From: Epiperipatus broadwayi
Lineage: Eukaryota; Animalia; Onychophora
Length of the DNA: 64,000 nucleotides
Direction of reading: 5' to 3'
Assembly (NCBI GenBank): GCA_028023455.1
Contig: JAQFVV010000005.1
Span: 4,154,001 to 4,218,000 of the forward strand
Shown here one piece after another: positions 13,900-25,954 of this stretch (positions are counted from its first letter, which is position 1; each line of letters opens with the position of its first letter). The notes under the pieces were generated by a model that was given only the letters and a program-made list of their open reading frames with translations, searched no databases and had not been told where the DNA came from. The translations under genes were made by a program, and so were the position numbers.

Positions 13900-14035
13900 T
13901 TTATTACTCGAGAATTTATAAGAAGTTCGAGCACCGCACCAGCGATCACAAAATCGATTCTAAAACTTTTCGATCCCATCTACTGTGCCAAACCAATAAA
14001 TATTTATTCTTTTAAAAAACACAAGATGGCGGTAA
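13900..14035 (+). promoter_or_regulatory. CpG-rich patch with AAGATGGCG (YY1-like) motif; candidate first exon (ATG GCG|gtaatg)
   Basis: Cluster of CpGs in a CpG-poor background; ATG at 14026, donor-like GT at 14032. Confidence 0.3.
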
Positions 14036-14465
14036 TGTTGATAATAGCAAGGAAAGTATTTTACTGTTTAAGGCTCCAATAGGATCGTTAGCAACAAGGG
14101 AATATGCACATAAATGGAAAAATGTGGGTGATTTAATCTGCAAATTATGTAAGAAAGGCATGGAAAATATTAGGCATCTGCTAATTTAATGTAAATGCTC
14201 ACAAGAAGAAAGAGTACAAATAATGAAGTTTTGGGAGAATAAATGTAAAAGTGATTATACAGGTTTTATTTTTTATGCTGGGTTTGGAAAAGTTTAAAGA
14301 GTATTTAGATATAAAGGCCATAGATGTGATAAAGATAATGTTGTGAAAGTGGTATGGAGCAGAATAGAAAAGAATATGAAACAACAGGGTGGAGAATAAA
14401 AAAGGAAGGTAAGGTGGCTAACAGGTTTATCTGCACATAGTGGCTGAGAGATTCCCATAGTGCAT
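14033..14465 (+). mobile_element. LINE 3' fragment with C-terminal CCHC zinc finger (zf-RVT-like)
   Basis: DNSKESILLFKA...CKLCKKGMENIRHLLI*C; homologous to 61545-61905. Confidence 0.75.
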
Positions 14466-17400
14466 AGCATCGTATTTACTAAGATATGCTCATTTTATGT
14501 GAATGTTAATTTAATGAATGAATCCTTCATTTATTTAAAACAATAAAATCCAAAACAGGTTTTCATAAAACTTTTAAATAAAAAATAATAACTTTTAAAG
14601 TTGTTTTTTTATATATATACATAATAAAGTATTAAACCTCTGCTGAATTTTACTTTTTCATTAATAATAATAAAGGAGAGTAAAAAAGCCAAATAATACA
14701 TACAGAAAATGCATTTTTTTATTTAAAAAAATAAAAAGTAAAATCGGACTAGCTGTTTTATTATTAATATTCATATCCTTTCTTTTTTTCTGTTTTTGTT
14801 AAAACATTTATTTATTTTTAAAAAAATATTTTTTAAATTTATTTTTGCAAAATCATGTATATTAAATGAGCTATTTGGTTACACTTTATCATATAACAAT
14901 TATGGAATCAATACATTAAGAAAAATCTCTATACATATATATTTAATATTAATATAAAAAATAATAGTAAACAACATCACTGTTATAACTATTTATGTGT
15001 TGTTTTGACATAAGAGTACTCCGTGTTGTAAAAATATATAATAATCGATTGCTTTACAACGGAAAAGAAGATTATCCTAAAATTTTAGCAATTATTTTGA
15101 CCGCAGTTTAATCCAATCATAAATAATGAAACTAATGTATACCCAGATACATACATTACAAAAAAAAAAGTTATTTGAACTATAATGGCCTCATACACAA
15201 ACATTTGCATGTAGTAACTGTAAAAACATTATGCATAACCGGTTGTCTGACTTATAGATATATATCGATGACATACTTGTATGCATGTTCATATTTTTTT
15301 TTAATAATTTAAAATTATTTAAATATATAAATAAAACAAATTATAACCTGATCAATAGTTGAGAAGAATAAATAAACAATCAAGCATCAAAGTGATGATT
15401 GAGAACTTAGACTTTGATTGATCTCATTTATACTTTCTACTTTTTTTTTTGCCTAAGAACCGATCCAGAACCTTAAATTCTTTAAAATATCACTTTTGTA
15501 ACATATAATCTTAAATACACTCATTCTTTTCATAAAATAATTAATGTAGTAAGTCATTTTGATTTTGCCTAGTAAAAAACTTTTGAACTAAGATCTTTTT
15601 TCTTCATGTCTCCTCTAAAGTCATTTATTGTAAGTTTGAGTACTCAATAAACACCATATGGTATAATGCTATGATATCCTCATTTTCATATTAAAACTTG
15701 CAGTAGATGACTTAAGAATAAAAAAGATATCTTCTTTTGAAGCATTAAGTAAACATATGAATAATCATGTGAAGTTGATGTTAAACACCTGTACTGCTAT
15801 GAACCATTTTATTAAAGTTTTTTAAAATTATTTTTGAATATAAGGATTATTATTTATACCTGATGTTAGCATGTGAATTGTAATAAATCTAAAATAAACC
15901 TTATTTTATGAAATTATGAATAAAAATGATAAAATCAAAGCAGTTGGTGAATAAAATTAAGCCTTCATTTTGAAAAACTAAAAAAGTAAAAACATTAAAA
16001 GCACTGGTATCTTTGTTATTGCTTTTAAATTTATATGATTTCTAAAACATTTGACTACAAAACTTTTTTTTAATAATTTACATCAAAAATATTACAATAT
16101 TGCTAAAATCATTTAAAAGAAAATTTTAAATTTCATTATTTTTATAATTTGGCTAAAGGAAATGGAATTAAAGAATATGAATGTAATAAAAACATTTTGG
16201 AGACATGATAATTATTTAATTTTCTCTGCATAATTATATTTTTTATAGTTCTTCCATCAATAATTTTGAAGTAATTTCCTTAAAAAATTAATATAATCAA
16301 TAATTTCCCATTTTAAAAAATAGTAAATTCATGACCCACAAAAAAACTTTTAAGTTCTTAGTCATCCTTAGAAATATTTCTATTCAACTGTATGTAATAA
16401 GTGCTTGCTTTACTACCATCTATTTTATATTGAAATGGAAATATCCATTTCCAAGTCTAGAAAAAGGAAAAAAGACTAAACAATTTTTAAAATTTAAACT
16501 AAAAAAGAGTAAAATCAGCTAGACACAATCAAGTAAAGCTTTAATAATATTTTAATTAGTTTTTGAAATGTATATGTACACCAACATGTATATTTGATAA
16601 AAAAAATTTATTTAAATTTTGCTTATATAGTTTTCTTTTGATAAAGGAGAGAAAATGTTTTATTTTTTTTGCAAAAAAAATGTAATCCTTTTAATCCTTG
16701 TTGAAATATATGTTAAAGAAAAGTTTGATTTTTTTATTAAAGTAAAAAATAAAAAGATTCGTTTTATTTAAGATAATGTAATTAAAATTAAATTTTTTAT
16801 TATATCAAGTTAAAAAAAACTAATGCATGTTATAGACTAATATGTAAATTTGAATTTACTTTGATGTCTAAACTAACACATTCTGAACATTTTAATTAGT
16901 CTCAAAAAAAATTCTTATCATAATTTTTCATGATGATTAAATGTCATGTGATAATGGACTTTGTATAAATAGTCTTTAAAATGAATTGTTCTCTTGCTTT
17001 CTTATTTCTTCAATTTTATGGATGATTTCTGGCATCATTAAAGTCAAATTGCTGGTGGATGCGATAGATTTGAACCTGTCTAGATTGCCAGGAAGCTTTT
17101 ATGTAAAGGCTAGTCAGGAATGGTTTCAGTAACATATAATTTATTACACGTTAAACTATTACCTACCAAGTGAGAGCCAGTTTAAAAACCCAATTGTGGC
17201 AATTTTTTTTCATTGTGAAAACCTATGTGAGATGCAAATAACTAATAACAATCAGGGAATCTTGAGTTATAAATCTTTACTACAAACGTCATCAAATGTG
17301 AACTCTAAATACATGTATGTGAGGAATAAAAGAATATAATACAACTGCATTAAGAAATTTCTAACAAATCTGATAAATGCTTCCAAACTCTGTGATCCAT

Positions 17401-18238
17401 ATAAAAGAATAGGTAAATTTATAAACTTATTTAAATCTATAAACTTTTGAGACCTTAGTTTAAATTTAATTAAATTGTGTTATACCTAAAGACTTTCCAT
17501 TCCAATATTTTATCATGCCATTTATGTGTTATAAAGCATTAGCACCTACCATTTATTTATTAACCTTAACATATTTATTGAATCTTTTTTTTTGTAAGAG
17601 CTATTTGATTTTTTTTAAAGATTGCAAATGATAGCAAGCTATGGAAATACAGTTTTTAATAATTTGATTTTGATTAATGATCACATCAATAGATTACCCC
17701 AGAAATCATTATTGTTCTAGGGGAATGAATTAATATGAAATTGAAATCTGAGGATATCAGCAAGTTTGTGAAATGCTTATTTGGATCAAATATTAAAATG
17801 CAAAAAGCTTAATACCTCTGATTGGTTGCTTATCAGAGCTAGGATTTGATTATGGGTTTGTATTATGAATTTAATTAAAATATAGTAGCAGTTATTAAGG
17901 ATTTTAAACCACAATTCACATTTGTTATGATGTATATCACTTATACATATAAAAATAATTTCACAACATCTGTAATGCATTTGAGATTTTTACACCTCAT
18001 AATTTAAAGATATATAATGCAACATACAGGAATGTTTACTATTTATGTGTTTGTCTTTAGATTTACAAGAAAATTTGATATGAACCATTAAACATCACAT
18101 AATCACTATTTCTTAGGCTTTCACAAACTGTTTACACAGAGGCTGAACTCTCCATACAGTTGTACTACCAGTGCAATCCAGAGTAATCAATGGATACAAG
18201 AAAATTTGTGCATAAAATCCCTGTCTAGTTTCTACTAA

Positions 18239-18296
18239 TCCAATATCCTCAGACTAGTTTCCAGCTTGTGGATTTCATCAGTGAGAAACTTTAGAT
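18239..18296 (-). ncRNA. Hammerhead (family A), stem II degenerate
   Basis: CTGATGA AATCCACAAGCTG GAAACTAGTC TGAGGATATTGG. Confidence 0.55.
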
Positions 18297-18447
18297 CTGA
18301 AAGAACTGCACCTAGCTAATGAGATTATATTGAAAATATTATTGTGTTTTCATTTTGAACTCAAAGCTTTATAGTTAGATAATAAGGTAAAAGGTGGCTG
18401 CTGGAGGATTGCATTAGATCCTAAGATCTAAGTGCAGTTCTCTCAAA

Positions 18448-18504
18448 TCCAAGGTATCTCACTAATGAAAGCCACAAGCCAGAAACTAGTCTGAGGATAT
18501 TGGA
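18448..18504 (+). ncRNA. Hammerhead (family A), degenerate core CTAATGA
   Basis: CTAATGA AAGCCACAAGCCA GAAACTAGTC TGAGGATATTGGA. Confidence 0.55.
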
Positions 18505-18900
18505 TGAGTAGGCACTATATAGGGATTTTATGCATAAACTTTCTTGTATCCATTGATTATTCTGGCTTGCTCTGGTGACAACACTGTATGGAGAGTTTAG
18601 TCTCTGTGTAAGCAGCTTGTGTAAGCATAATAAATGGTGATCATGCATTATTTAGTGGTTTAAAACAAATCCTGCCCAATAGTATTCTGGTGGTTCTGCT
18701 TATTAAAGAATCAAAGACACCAAAAAATATGGATGCTGAACTGAGTTCAGATTTATACAATTATACAAACTAATGAGCTTGAATTAAAAAAATTATTGTG
18801 TTTTCATTTTGAAACCAAAGCTTTATAGTTAGCTAATAAGTTAAACTTGGCTGCTGGAGGGTTCCATTAGATCCTAAGATCTAGGTGCTGTGCTCTCAGA

Positions 18901-18957
18901 TCCAAGGCTCTGCACTGATGAAAGCAACAAGTTAGAATCTAGTCTGGGGATATTGGA
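18901..18957 (+). ncRNA. Hammerhead (family A), degenerate (GAAT)
   Basis: CTGATGA AAGCAACAAGTTA GAATCTAGTC TGGGGATATTGGA. Confidence 0.55.
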
Positions 18958-19399
18958 TGCATAGGCACTAGATGGTGATTTTATGCACAAACCTTCTTGC
19001 ATCCATTTATTACTTTGGCTTGTACTGGTGGTACTACCGTATGAAGAGTTTAGCCTCTGTCTAAAATTTGATACAGTTATCATTATGCACTTTATTTATG
19101 ATATATATTTTAAAATATTTGTTACGGTTTGCTAATATACACATTTGCTTATATAATTATGTAGATGCTGATGATGTACTAGGAAATGATTAAATGGGTA
19201 TTGATATGACCACTAATATAAAAAACTGGTAATAATTAGCATGTGCGACTTGAGCCAGATCATATTGAGTTCTTGTATGATAAGAATGGTATTCAAAATA
19301 TTTGCACACACATCCCAAGCTTTGTCTAATCAACAGCAACAGTGTTATATACGCATATTTAAATATATTAGAAAATAATCAAAATAAAAAATAAAAAGA

Positions 19400-19865
19400 A
19401 GAATCACCTATTGTAAGATGGTTTTCTTAAAAGGAACTACAGACAATATTGGGCATATTCTAAGACATTAGAATTTAAAGACAACATATACCACTTAACA
19501 AAAAATTAATAGCATTATAACCAAGCCTAAAGACTTGAATCACATGGAGTTTATGAAATTTCAATTAATATATGTAAAGCTTCATATGTAGATATGAGTA
19601 ATCATCACATCAATGCTAGAACAGATGAACATACTAATGCAGTTAAAAAATACTTATCATTAGCAGCACTATCTCTCCATGTTATAAATACAGGTCATAG
19701 CATTGATTTTTCTAATACAAGAACACTAGTCAGATGTGACACTCTCCAATAATGTCAGATCAGAGAAGCCATTGACATCTTTAAAAGGACAAATTGTATT
19801 CACAGATGTGATGGTACATGCAAATTACCTTCGATTTGGATTTTCCTTAAAAAATCCATTAATCT
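19400..19865 (+). pseudogene. Penelope-like RT thumb and GIY-YIG endonuclease remnant
   Basis: HGVYEISINICKASYVDM...ARTDEH...AALSLHVINTGHSIDFSNTR...IREAIDIFKRTNCIHRCDGTCKLPSIW. Confidence 0.88.
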
Positions 19866-19965
19866 AAATAATTTCTCATATTTATTATTTATATTTTCTG
19901 TTAATAGAACATTCATTATTGTTATACATCAGTGTTTACAGAATTTTATTTTATAATGTTTATTA

Positions 19966-20004
19966 CCCAATTGATGACCAGTATGACCTGGTCAAACCAT
20001 TGGT
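19966..20004 (+). ncRNA. Degenerate minimal hammerhead in putative pLTR
   Basis: CCAA TTGAT GACCAG TATGAC CTGGTC AAA CCA TTGG, about 100 nt after the GIY-YIG. Confidence 0.5.
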
Positions 20005-20151
20005 TTATATGTATATTTTCAACAAATTATACTTGAATGTATGCGAATATTTTATACATATATATGTATAACCATTAAAATCATTAAAATAAGTCAATAA
20101 TTATACAGTCCCAATATCAATAACAATCAATAATTTCAATCTTAATATATA

Positions 20152-20455
20152 TATTAAGCAATTAAATCACCCCACATGGTTAAGAAATCCAGTACTGCCC
20201 TCTGTGAACTAATATATAAATACGAACTCTAATGTATTTATATATTAGTTCACAGAGGGCAGAAATCACCCCACATGGTTAAGAAATCCAGTACTGCCCT
20301 CTGTGAACTAATATATAAATACGAACTCTAATGTATTTATATATTAGTTCACAGAGGGCAGTACTGGATTTCTTAACCATGTGGGGTGATTTAATTGCTT
20401 AATATTTGTACATTTATTTCAGTATAGCATTATGCACTGGGATTATTTTATATAT
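20152..20455. repeat. Family D perfect fold-back with internal 99-bp tandem duplication
   Basis: Arms AAATCACCCCACATGGTTAAG...ATAAATAC and its reverse complement; 20164-20262 repeated at 20263-20361. Confidence 0.92.
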
Positions 20456-21055
20456 ATTATTATTAATGATGTGGTTTTAGGTAAATGTACAATAAGGAAC
20501 TTAAGAACTAAAGATCCTATAGTTGCAGTTTGGCTTTGTCATTGACTATCCTAGTGACAAACCATTCAGTTACTATTTATTATTCTACCCATTATCTGAA
20601 TATTGAATGTGATTATATTAGTAAATAGCAAAATTTAACTCTATTTTTCTATAAAAATAGGAAAGTGATCTAGAACATGCGATTTTTGTGAATATAGTAA
20701 ATCCTGCTGTAATATTTTTAAAGCTTCTTTGAGCATCTCTATATGTAAAGAATTTATCTAAGACAATGACATATAAAACATATTCTTTACAGCATTTAAA
20801 AAAAACCTCTTGAGGAAGAAAATGAAAACTGTGGACATCTTTTTCAAAGGTTATGGCTTTACTTTTAATCCCCCACAAACAAAAAAAATAACAATATTCA
20901 GTAATTCTTAATAATGATGACACAAAATTTTTGTAAAAGACTTATTATCAAATAAAAAATTATATCACTAGGGAGTATTTGTCTTTGAAAATATTTTATT
21001 TTTAAAAAGACAGCTCTTAAAAAGTATACAATAAGTTACAAAAACCAAAACTTAC

Positions 21056-21075
21056 CACAGAAAGGCCATTAGAAG
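21056..21075 (-). CDS. Candidate 20-nt micro-exon of an unidentified host gene
   Basis: ttttttttcag|CTTCTAATGGCCTTTCTGTG|gtaagt; two open frames (LLMAFL or SNGLSV). Confidence 0.35.
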
Positions 21076-22879
21076 CTGAAAAAAAAATTGTTTTAGTAAA
21101 AACTGTTAAGTGAAATATTTTAATAACAATTAATAATATTTCAATTTTTAATTTTTTTTTGTTTCTAATAAATCATTTTAAATAACATAAAATTTTAATA
21201 TCTAATATTTCATTTTTTTTAACTTTTTTGAATAGGTACCATGAAGTCAACAATAAGTCCTTTAGTTAGATACTTATTTTCACAGTTTCAAAATATTATT
21301 TTTTTTATGTTTTAGAATTTTAATTATTAGAAGGCTTAAATATTTATAATATAGCTTATAAATAATTTTCTTAATATATGTAAAAAAGATTTAATTGCAG
21401 ACAAAAAAAATAAAACATGATTTCATAGTAAAAATTTTCATCGCTAGAGTCTATTGAAAAATTTGAGGGTTGGGTTTTACACTGAAAAATTAATTATTTT
21501 GGATGCCTCAAGCTTTTGCATAACTTCTGGAGACTAAGATTTTTATTTTTAAAAACCATTATTTATGTTATACATTGTCAAATATGCCAGATTCATTGGA
21601 TTAGTGAGACTCAAAAGTCTTTATTTTCAGATAATTTATATGTCATTATAGTCCATAAAAATTGTATTAATAATGGGGGGAAAAGTTTATCATTTAAATT
21701 CATATCTAAGTATATGCCCCATGCAGTTTAAGACAGTCACAAAGGAATCCACATAAATGCTGAACACCTCAGATCAAATTCAACCCATCATTTTTGGATC
21801 TCAAATGTCATGGTTCTCTCTCCTGCCAATTATTAACTATGTGATTATTTGTATTAAGTTAAACAAAAATACTGGATATTTTATAATGCTAATTTATTGA
21901 CATATTCCAATGTTTTATTATGGTATTCTAAGAATGATGATATTAATATAGGTGGAGCTGCTTCTAGAAAGAAAATCACTTGCTTTACAGCTCTCTTGAA
22001 AAGACTTTAAAAAGTCAGTTTTCCTGCTATCAAAGGTATTCCTTTTATGTATTTGTCCCTTTAAAGAACATTATTTGCTGTTTGTGTGCCTTTTCATTCA
22101 CAATTATCAGTTTTTAGTGTATTTTATCATTATTGCACTGCATCTACTATCTGATCAGCTACAATAGACAACCATTTTCTTCCCCAAGTTTGATGGGTAG
22201 TCACTGTATCTGTTTTTTTCTTGATGAATAAACATCTCATCACTGAGAAAAAAGAATGATGATATTAAAATAATACGCTTTTGTATATTTTCTTTTATAA
22301 ATACTTCAGAAACATATGCAGTTAGATTGAGTAATCAATAAACATTGTAAAATATGCATCTCTAAACTGGTTTCTATTTTTTTTAACAGTGAAACTAATT
22401 ACAAATTTAAAAAAATACTAATGTTTTGAACTTTAACCAACTCACATTCATAATTATACAAATTTGACATCACGCTAATAACTATAAATTTTAATGATCT
22501 CAGCATTCTTATTGTAAACTTCTTTTGTACATTGACAAGAAAGATCTAATAACAACAAAAGTCCACTGACTTTCTTAGCTTATTCTTAATATATATATTT
22601 CCAATAGCAGGTTTATTTATTTTATGCTAGAGTTGCCTACTGTAAGCTTTAGTAGTCAATGGAAGTTGATGGCAGTGATAAAATATTCACATCCTTATAC
22701 CACTTTTTAAATTTTGATTTTATTAGTGAGGACTTTGAATTTAAAACTAAATCATTTGTGATCTAACAGTAATCTTTAATTATTTTAACTTTTTGAATTC
22801 CAAGTCACATCTGTCTCCAAGTCAATAACTTTATATTTTAGTGACCATAGTTTTATATTGACTGCACTCCTCTATAATC

Positions 22880-24080
22880 TTAATAAGACGTCATATGACA
22901 GTGCCAGTTTCCCTTAGCATATGCTTTCATAACTTAATTATAAATTTATTAACGCACATTGATTACGTAAGTAATGTTTACCGTGGCTGTACCCTCGAGA
23001 ATATGCGTGTAAAATGCGATAGTAGGGACCTCTACAGGTGTTTAACCACAAGCTTACGCTATTGTGAAAGAAGTTAATAGGTCATCTCAGAAGTTAATAT
23101 GTCTTCTCTTCGTGCACGTATATAATATTGTATGATGAAATAATTAACACAGAAAACATTTATGCTAATGATTTAGGATTTGAATTTCATGTCACTTGGA
23201 GATTTTTTCAGACAAATGAGAATTTCCCAAATCTTAAGATGGTTTCAGTTAGCCTGCCTTTAGAAAGTGATTAGGAAATAGGAGAGTACAGAAACAAAGA
23301 AAATCAAGATCCACCAATTAGCAGTTTCCTGGCTTATTATATGATTTTTTCCCCCACAATTCTTTGTGAAAACAAGTCCGATTTACGTCAGCTACTTTCG
23401 ATTGCTTTATTTTTTTTTCCCAATTTTCATAACATGGATTCATCAGACTAGTATTAAAATGCACAAACAAACAACGGTGAAAGTCTTAATATTTTTTAAC
23501 TATGTAAAGACCCTAAAATGTTTGATGTCCGCTAGCTGTATTAATAAAAATCTGAATTCTTCTCTTGGAAATAATCCTTTATTATTTTCTTCTAAAAATG
23601 TGATTGAAATAAAAATTTTACTTAAAAGAAATATTTTCATGTACATACAGTGACAACACTAACGCTTATATATAGAATTTTATTACGACTGAATTTAATT
23701 ATCACAAATAAAATATTCCTCTTATCTTCCCTGGAGAAATTAATTGATGTGTGAAAGTAATCTTGTTATTAATGAGGCGATATTTAAATTTCTTATTGAC
23801 TTATGGGTATTCTGAATTGTATTAATATATTTATTATTTCTACACTAATTCCCATTTCATAAAGAAAAGTTTTAAAAATGTATCACAATATTTTATTATA
23901 ATGAAATTGATAATAACTAAAATGTACAATAGACACTCAAATAAGGAAATTAAAGCAAGTTTGACATATAATTAAGGACACTCTTGCATTTTAAACAAAT
24001 GATCGTTAACGTTGAACCGCAGTAAGCTAAAGAGTCCCAAGATGCATTTCGACGATCATGTATCCTTAGTAGGATTAACT
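22880..24080. promoter_or_regulatory. CpG-rich patch (candidate unmethylated promoter region)
   Basis: About two dozen CpGs by eye, versus very few in 26-29 kb; contains GACGTCA and donor-like sites on both strands. Confidence 0.4.
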
Positions 24081-24480
24081 CTACATAGTTATCTAAATGT
24101 TGTACATTATAGTTTTGTACTTATTGGTATAAATTACCCAAACATAGTTTTTGTGCAATATTTTCATACATCCTTATTGATAATAATCATCTTTCAATAA
24201 ATATATAAATGATTATTAAGCGCTTTTATTTCATGAAAAATTACATTTAATGTCATCTTACATATAAACTTATATATATAGTACAAAGAAATTAAAAGTT
24301 TTAAAAAGCAGAAATTATCAACACCCCTATATAACATCACATGACCACCATCTCTTATGCTTGTGTATAACTGTTGTTAAAACTGGTAAACTCACTATAC
24401 GTATGCCACACACAGCAAGCTAGAGTAATCAATGGATGCCAGAAGGCTTGTGCATAAAATCCCCATCTAGCACCTACTCA

Positions 24481-24537
24481 TCCAATATCCCCAGACTAGT
24501 TTCTGGCTTGTGGCCTTCGTCAGTGAGGAGCCTTGGA
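24481..24537 (-). ncRNA. Type I hammerhead ribozyme (family A), intact
   Basis: TCCAA GGC TCCTCA-CTGACGA-AGGC CACAA GCCA-GAAA-CTAG-TC-TGGGGA TA TTGGA; predicted cut between 24494 and 24493. Confidence 0.85.
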
Positions 24538-24933
24538 TCTGAGAGCACTGCATCTAGATCTTAGGATCTAATGCAACCCTCCAGCAACCACCTTTTATCT
24601 CCATTTAACTACAAAACTATGAGTCTTAAACCGAAAACACCTTAATGTTTCCAATTCAAGCCCATCAGCTTATATAGTTATATGGGTCTGAACTCAGTTC
24701 AGTTCCCATACATTTTAGTGTCTTTGGTTCTTTAATAACCATAGCCACCAATATCTTATTAGGCAGGATTGGTTTTAAGCCAATAAACATCACATGACCA
24801 CCATCTCTTATGCTTGTGTATAACTGTTGTTAAAACTGGCAAACTCACTATACGTATGCCATACACAGCAAGCTAGAGTAATCAATGGATGCCAGAAGGC
24901 TTGTGCATAAAATCCCCATCTAGTGCCTACTCA

Positions 24934-24990
24934 TCCAATATCCCCAGACTAGTTTCTGGCTTATGGCCTTCGTCAGTGAGGAGCCTTGGA
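24934..24990 (-). ncRNA. Type I hammerhead ribozyme (family A), intact
   Basis: Same fold with loop CATAA; predicted cut exactly 453 nt from the previous one. Confidence 0.85.
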
Positions 24991-25153
24991 TCTGAGAGCA
25001 CTGCATCTAGATCTTAGGATCTAATGCAACCTTGAATTGGAAACATTAAGGTGTTTTCGGTTTAAGACTCATAGTTTTGTAGTTAAATGGAGATAAAAGG
25101 TGGTTGCTGGAGGGTTGCATTAGATCCTAAGATCTAGATGCAGTGCTCTCAGA

Positions 25154-25210
25154 TCCAAGGCTCCTCACTGATGAAGGCCACAAGCCAGAAACTAGTCTGG
25201 GGATATTGGA
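25154..25210 (+). ncRNA. Type I hammerhead ribozyme (family A), intact
   Basis: TCCAAGGCTCCTCA-CTGATGA-AGGCCACAAGCCA-GAAACTAGTC-TGGGGATATTGGA; predicted cut after 25197. Confidence 0.85.
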
Positions 25211-25480
25211 TGAAAAGGCACTAGATGGGGATTTTATGCACAAGCCTTCTGGTATTCATTGATTACTCTAGCTTGCTGTGTGTGGCATACGTATAGTGAG
25301 TTTTCCAGTTTTAACCCCTATATAAAAAATGTGATTGAGGATTGCAATTACCTGTCACTTCTATACTAAAAGATAATTGTGATGCAGGTAAGTTTGAGAC
25401 AAAAAGTGTGCTGATAAAAATAAGGCACTTAAAAACATAAGATGACACAAGGATTATCTACTCTTTCACAAGGTACTTAC

Positions 25481-25540
25481 TAGAAGTAGTAGAAATCAGG
25501 TTCTGCATTGACAGAAAGTGCATTATTAAAAAATATTGAA
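25481..25540 (-). CDS. Candidate 60-nt exon of an unidentified host gene
   Basis: Acceptor ttttttatcag and donor gtaagt; two open frames (SIFFNNALSVNAEPDFYYF or QYFLIMHFLSMQNLISTTS). Confidence 0.35.
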
Positions 25541-25788
25541 CTGATAAAAAAAGCCTGTAGATTCCATTATTAATGTCTCAAAGTCATGTAATGAGCAAAA
25601 TTTATTTGCAAAAAAAACAGAGATAGTCAGAGCAGTGAACCTGTAATTTCTAAGCTGATGGATAGTTACACTGGAAAAAAATAAATAAATAATAATATTA
25701 TCTAAACTTATTAATGCCTATACCTCAGATAAAATAAAATATAATAATTTTTAATAATTGAGGTTTTACTTCATTCACAATTTATAAC

Positions 25789-25954
25789 TCTATAATTGTG
25801 CTTTACGCACATGTAATGAAGCTATATAGTGTAGTAATTAATAATCTTAATTAATCATTTGAGCACTTTCGGGAAGTCTAAGTTCCCATAATCATAGATT
25901 ATTAATTACTACACTATATAGCTTCATTACATGTGCCTAAAGTACAATTATAGA
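25789..25954. repeat. Inverted repeat, 59-bp arms, 48-bp spacer
   Basis: TCTATAATTG...AATAATCT and its near-perfect reverse complement. Confidence 0.9.

Larger units (their letters stand above)
18083..19080. mobile_element. Family A array: inverted arm plus about 1.7 tandem monomers
   Basis: Minus arm 18083-18313; plus-strand tandem 18314-19080 with HHR motifs 453 nt apart (18448 and 18901). Confidence 0.9.
24335..25313. mobile_element. Family A array, best-preserved copy: 1.5 tandem 453-nt monomers (minus) plus inverted arm (plus)
   Basis: 24333 repeats at 24786; inversion junction at 25031/25032; 12-bp TSD ACCCCTATATAA at 24323-24334 and 25314-25325. Confidence 0.95.

Noticed and set aside
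17050-17085. GGTTCAAATC...TCCACCA tRNA/tmRNA-like 3' end on the minus strand
   Set aside because: No matching 5' acceptor stem or D arm.
18083-25313. CRISPR-like or satellite interpretation of the repeated arrays
   Set aside because: Units are about 450 nt with no unique spacers and no cas genes, and TSDs indicate mobile-element insertions in a eukaryote.
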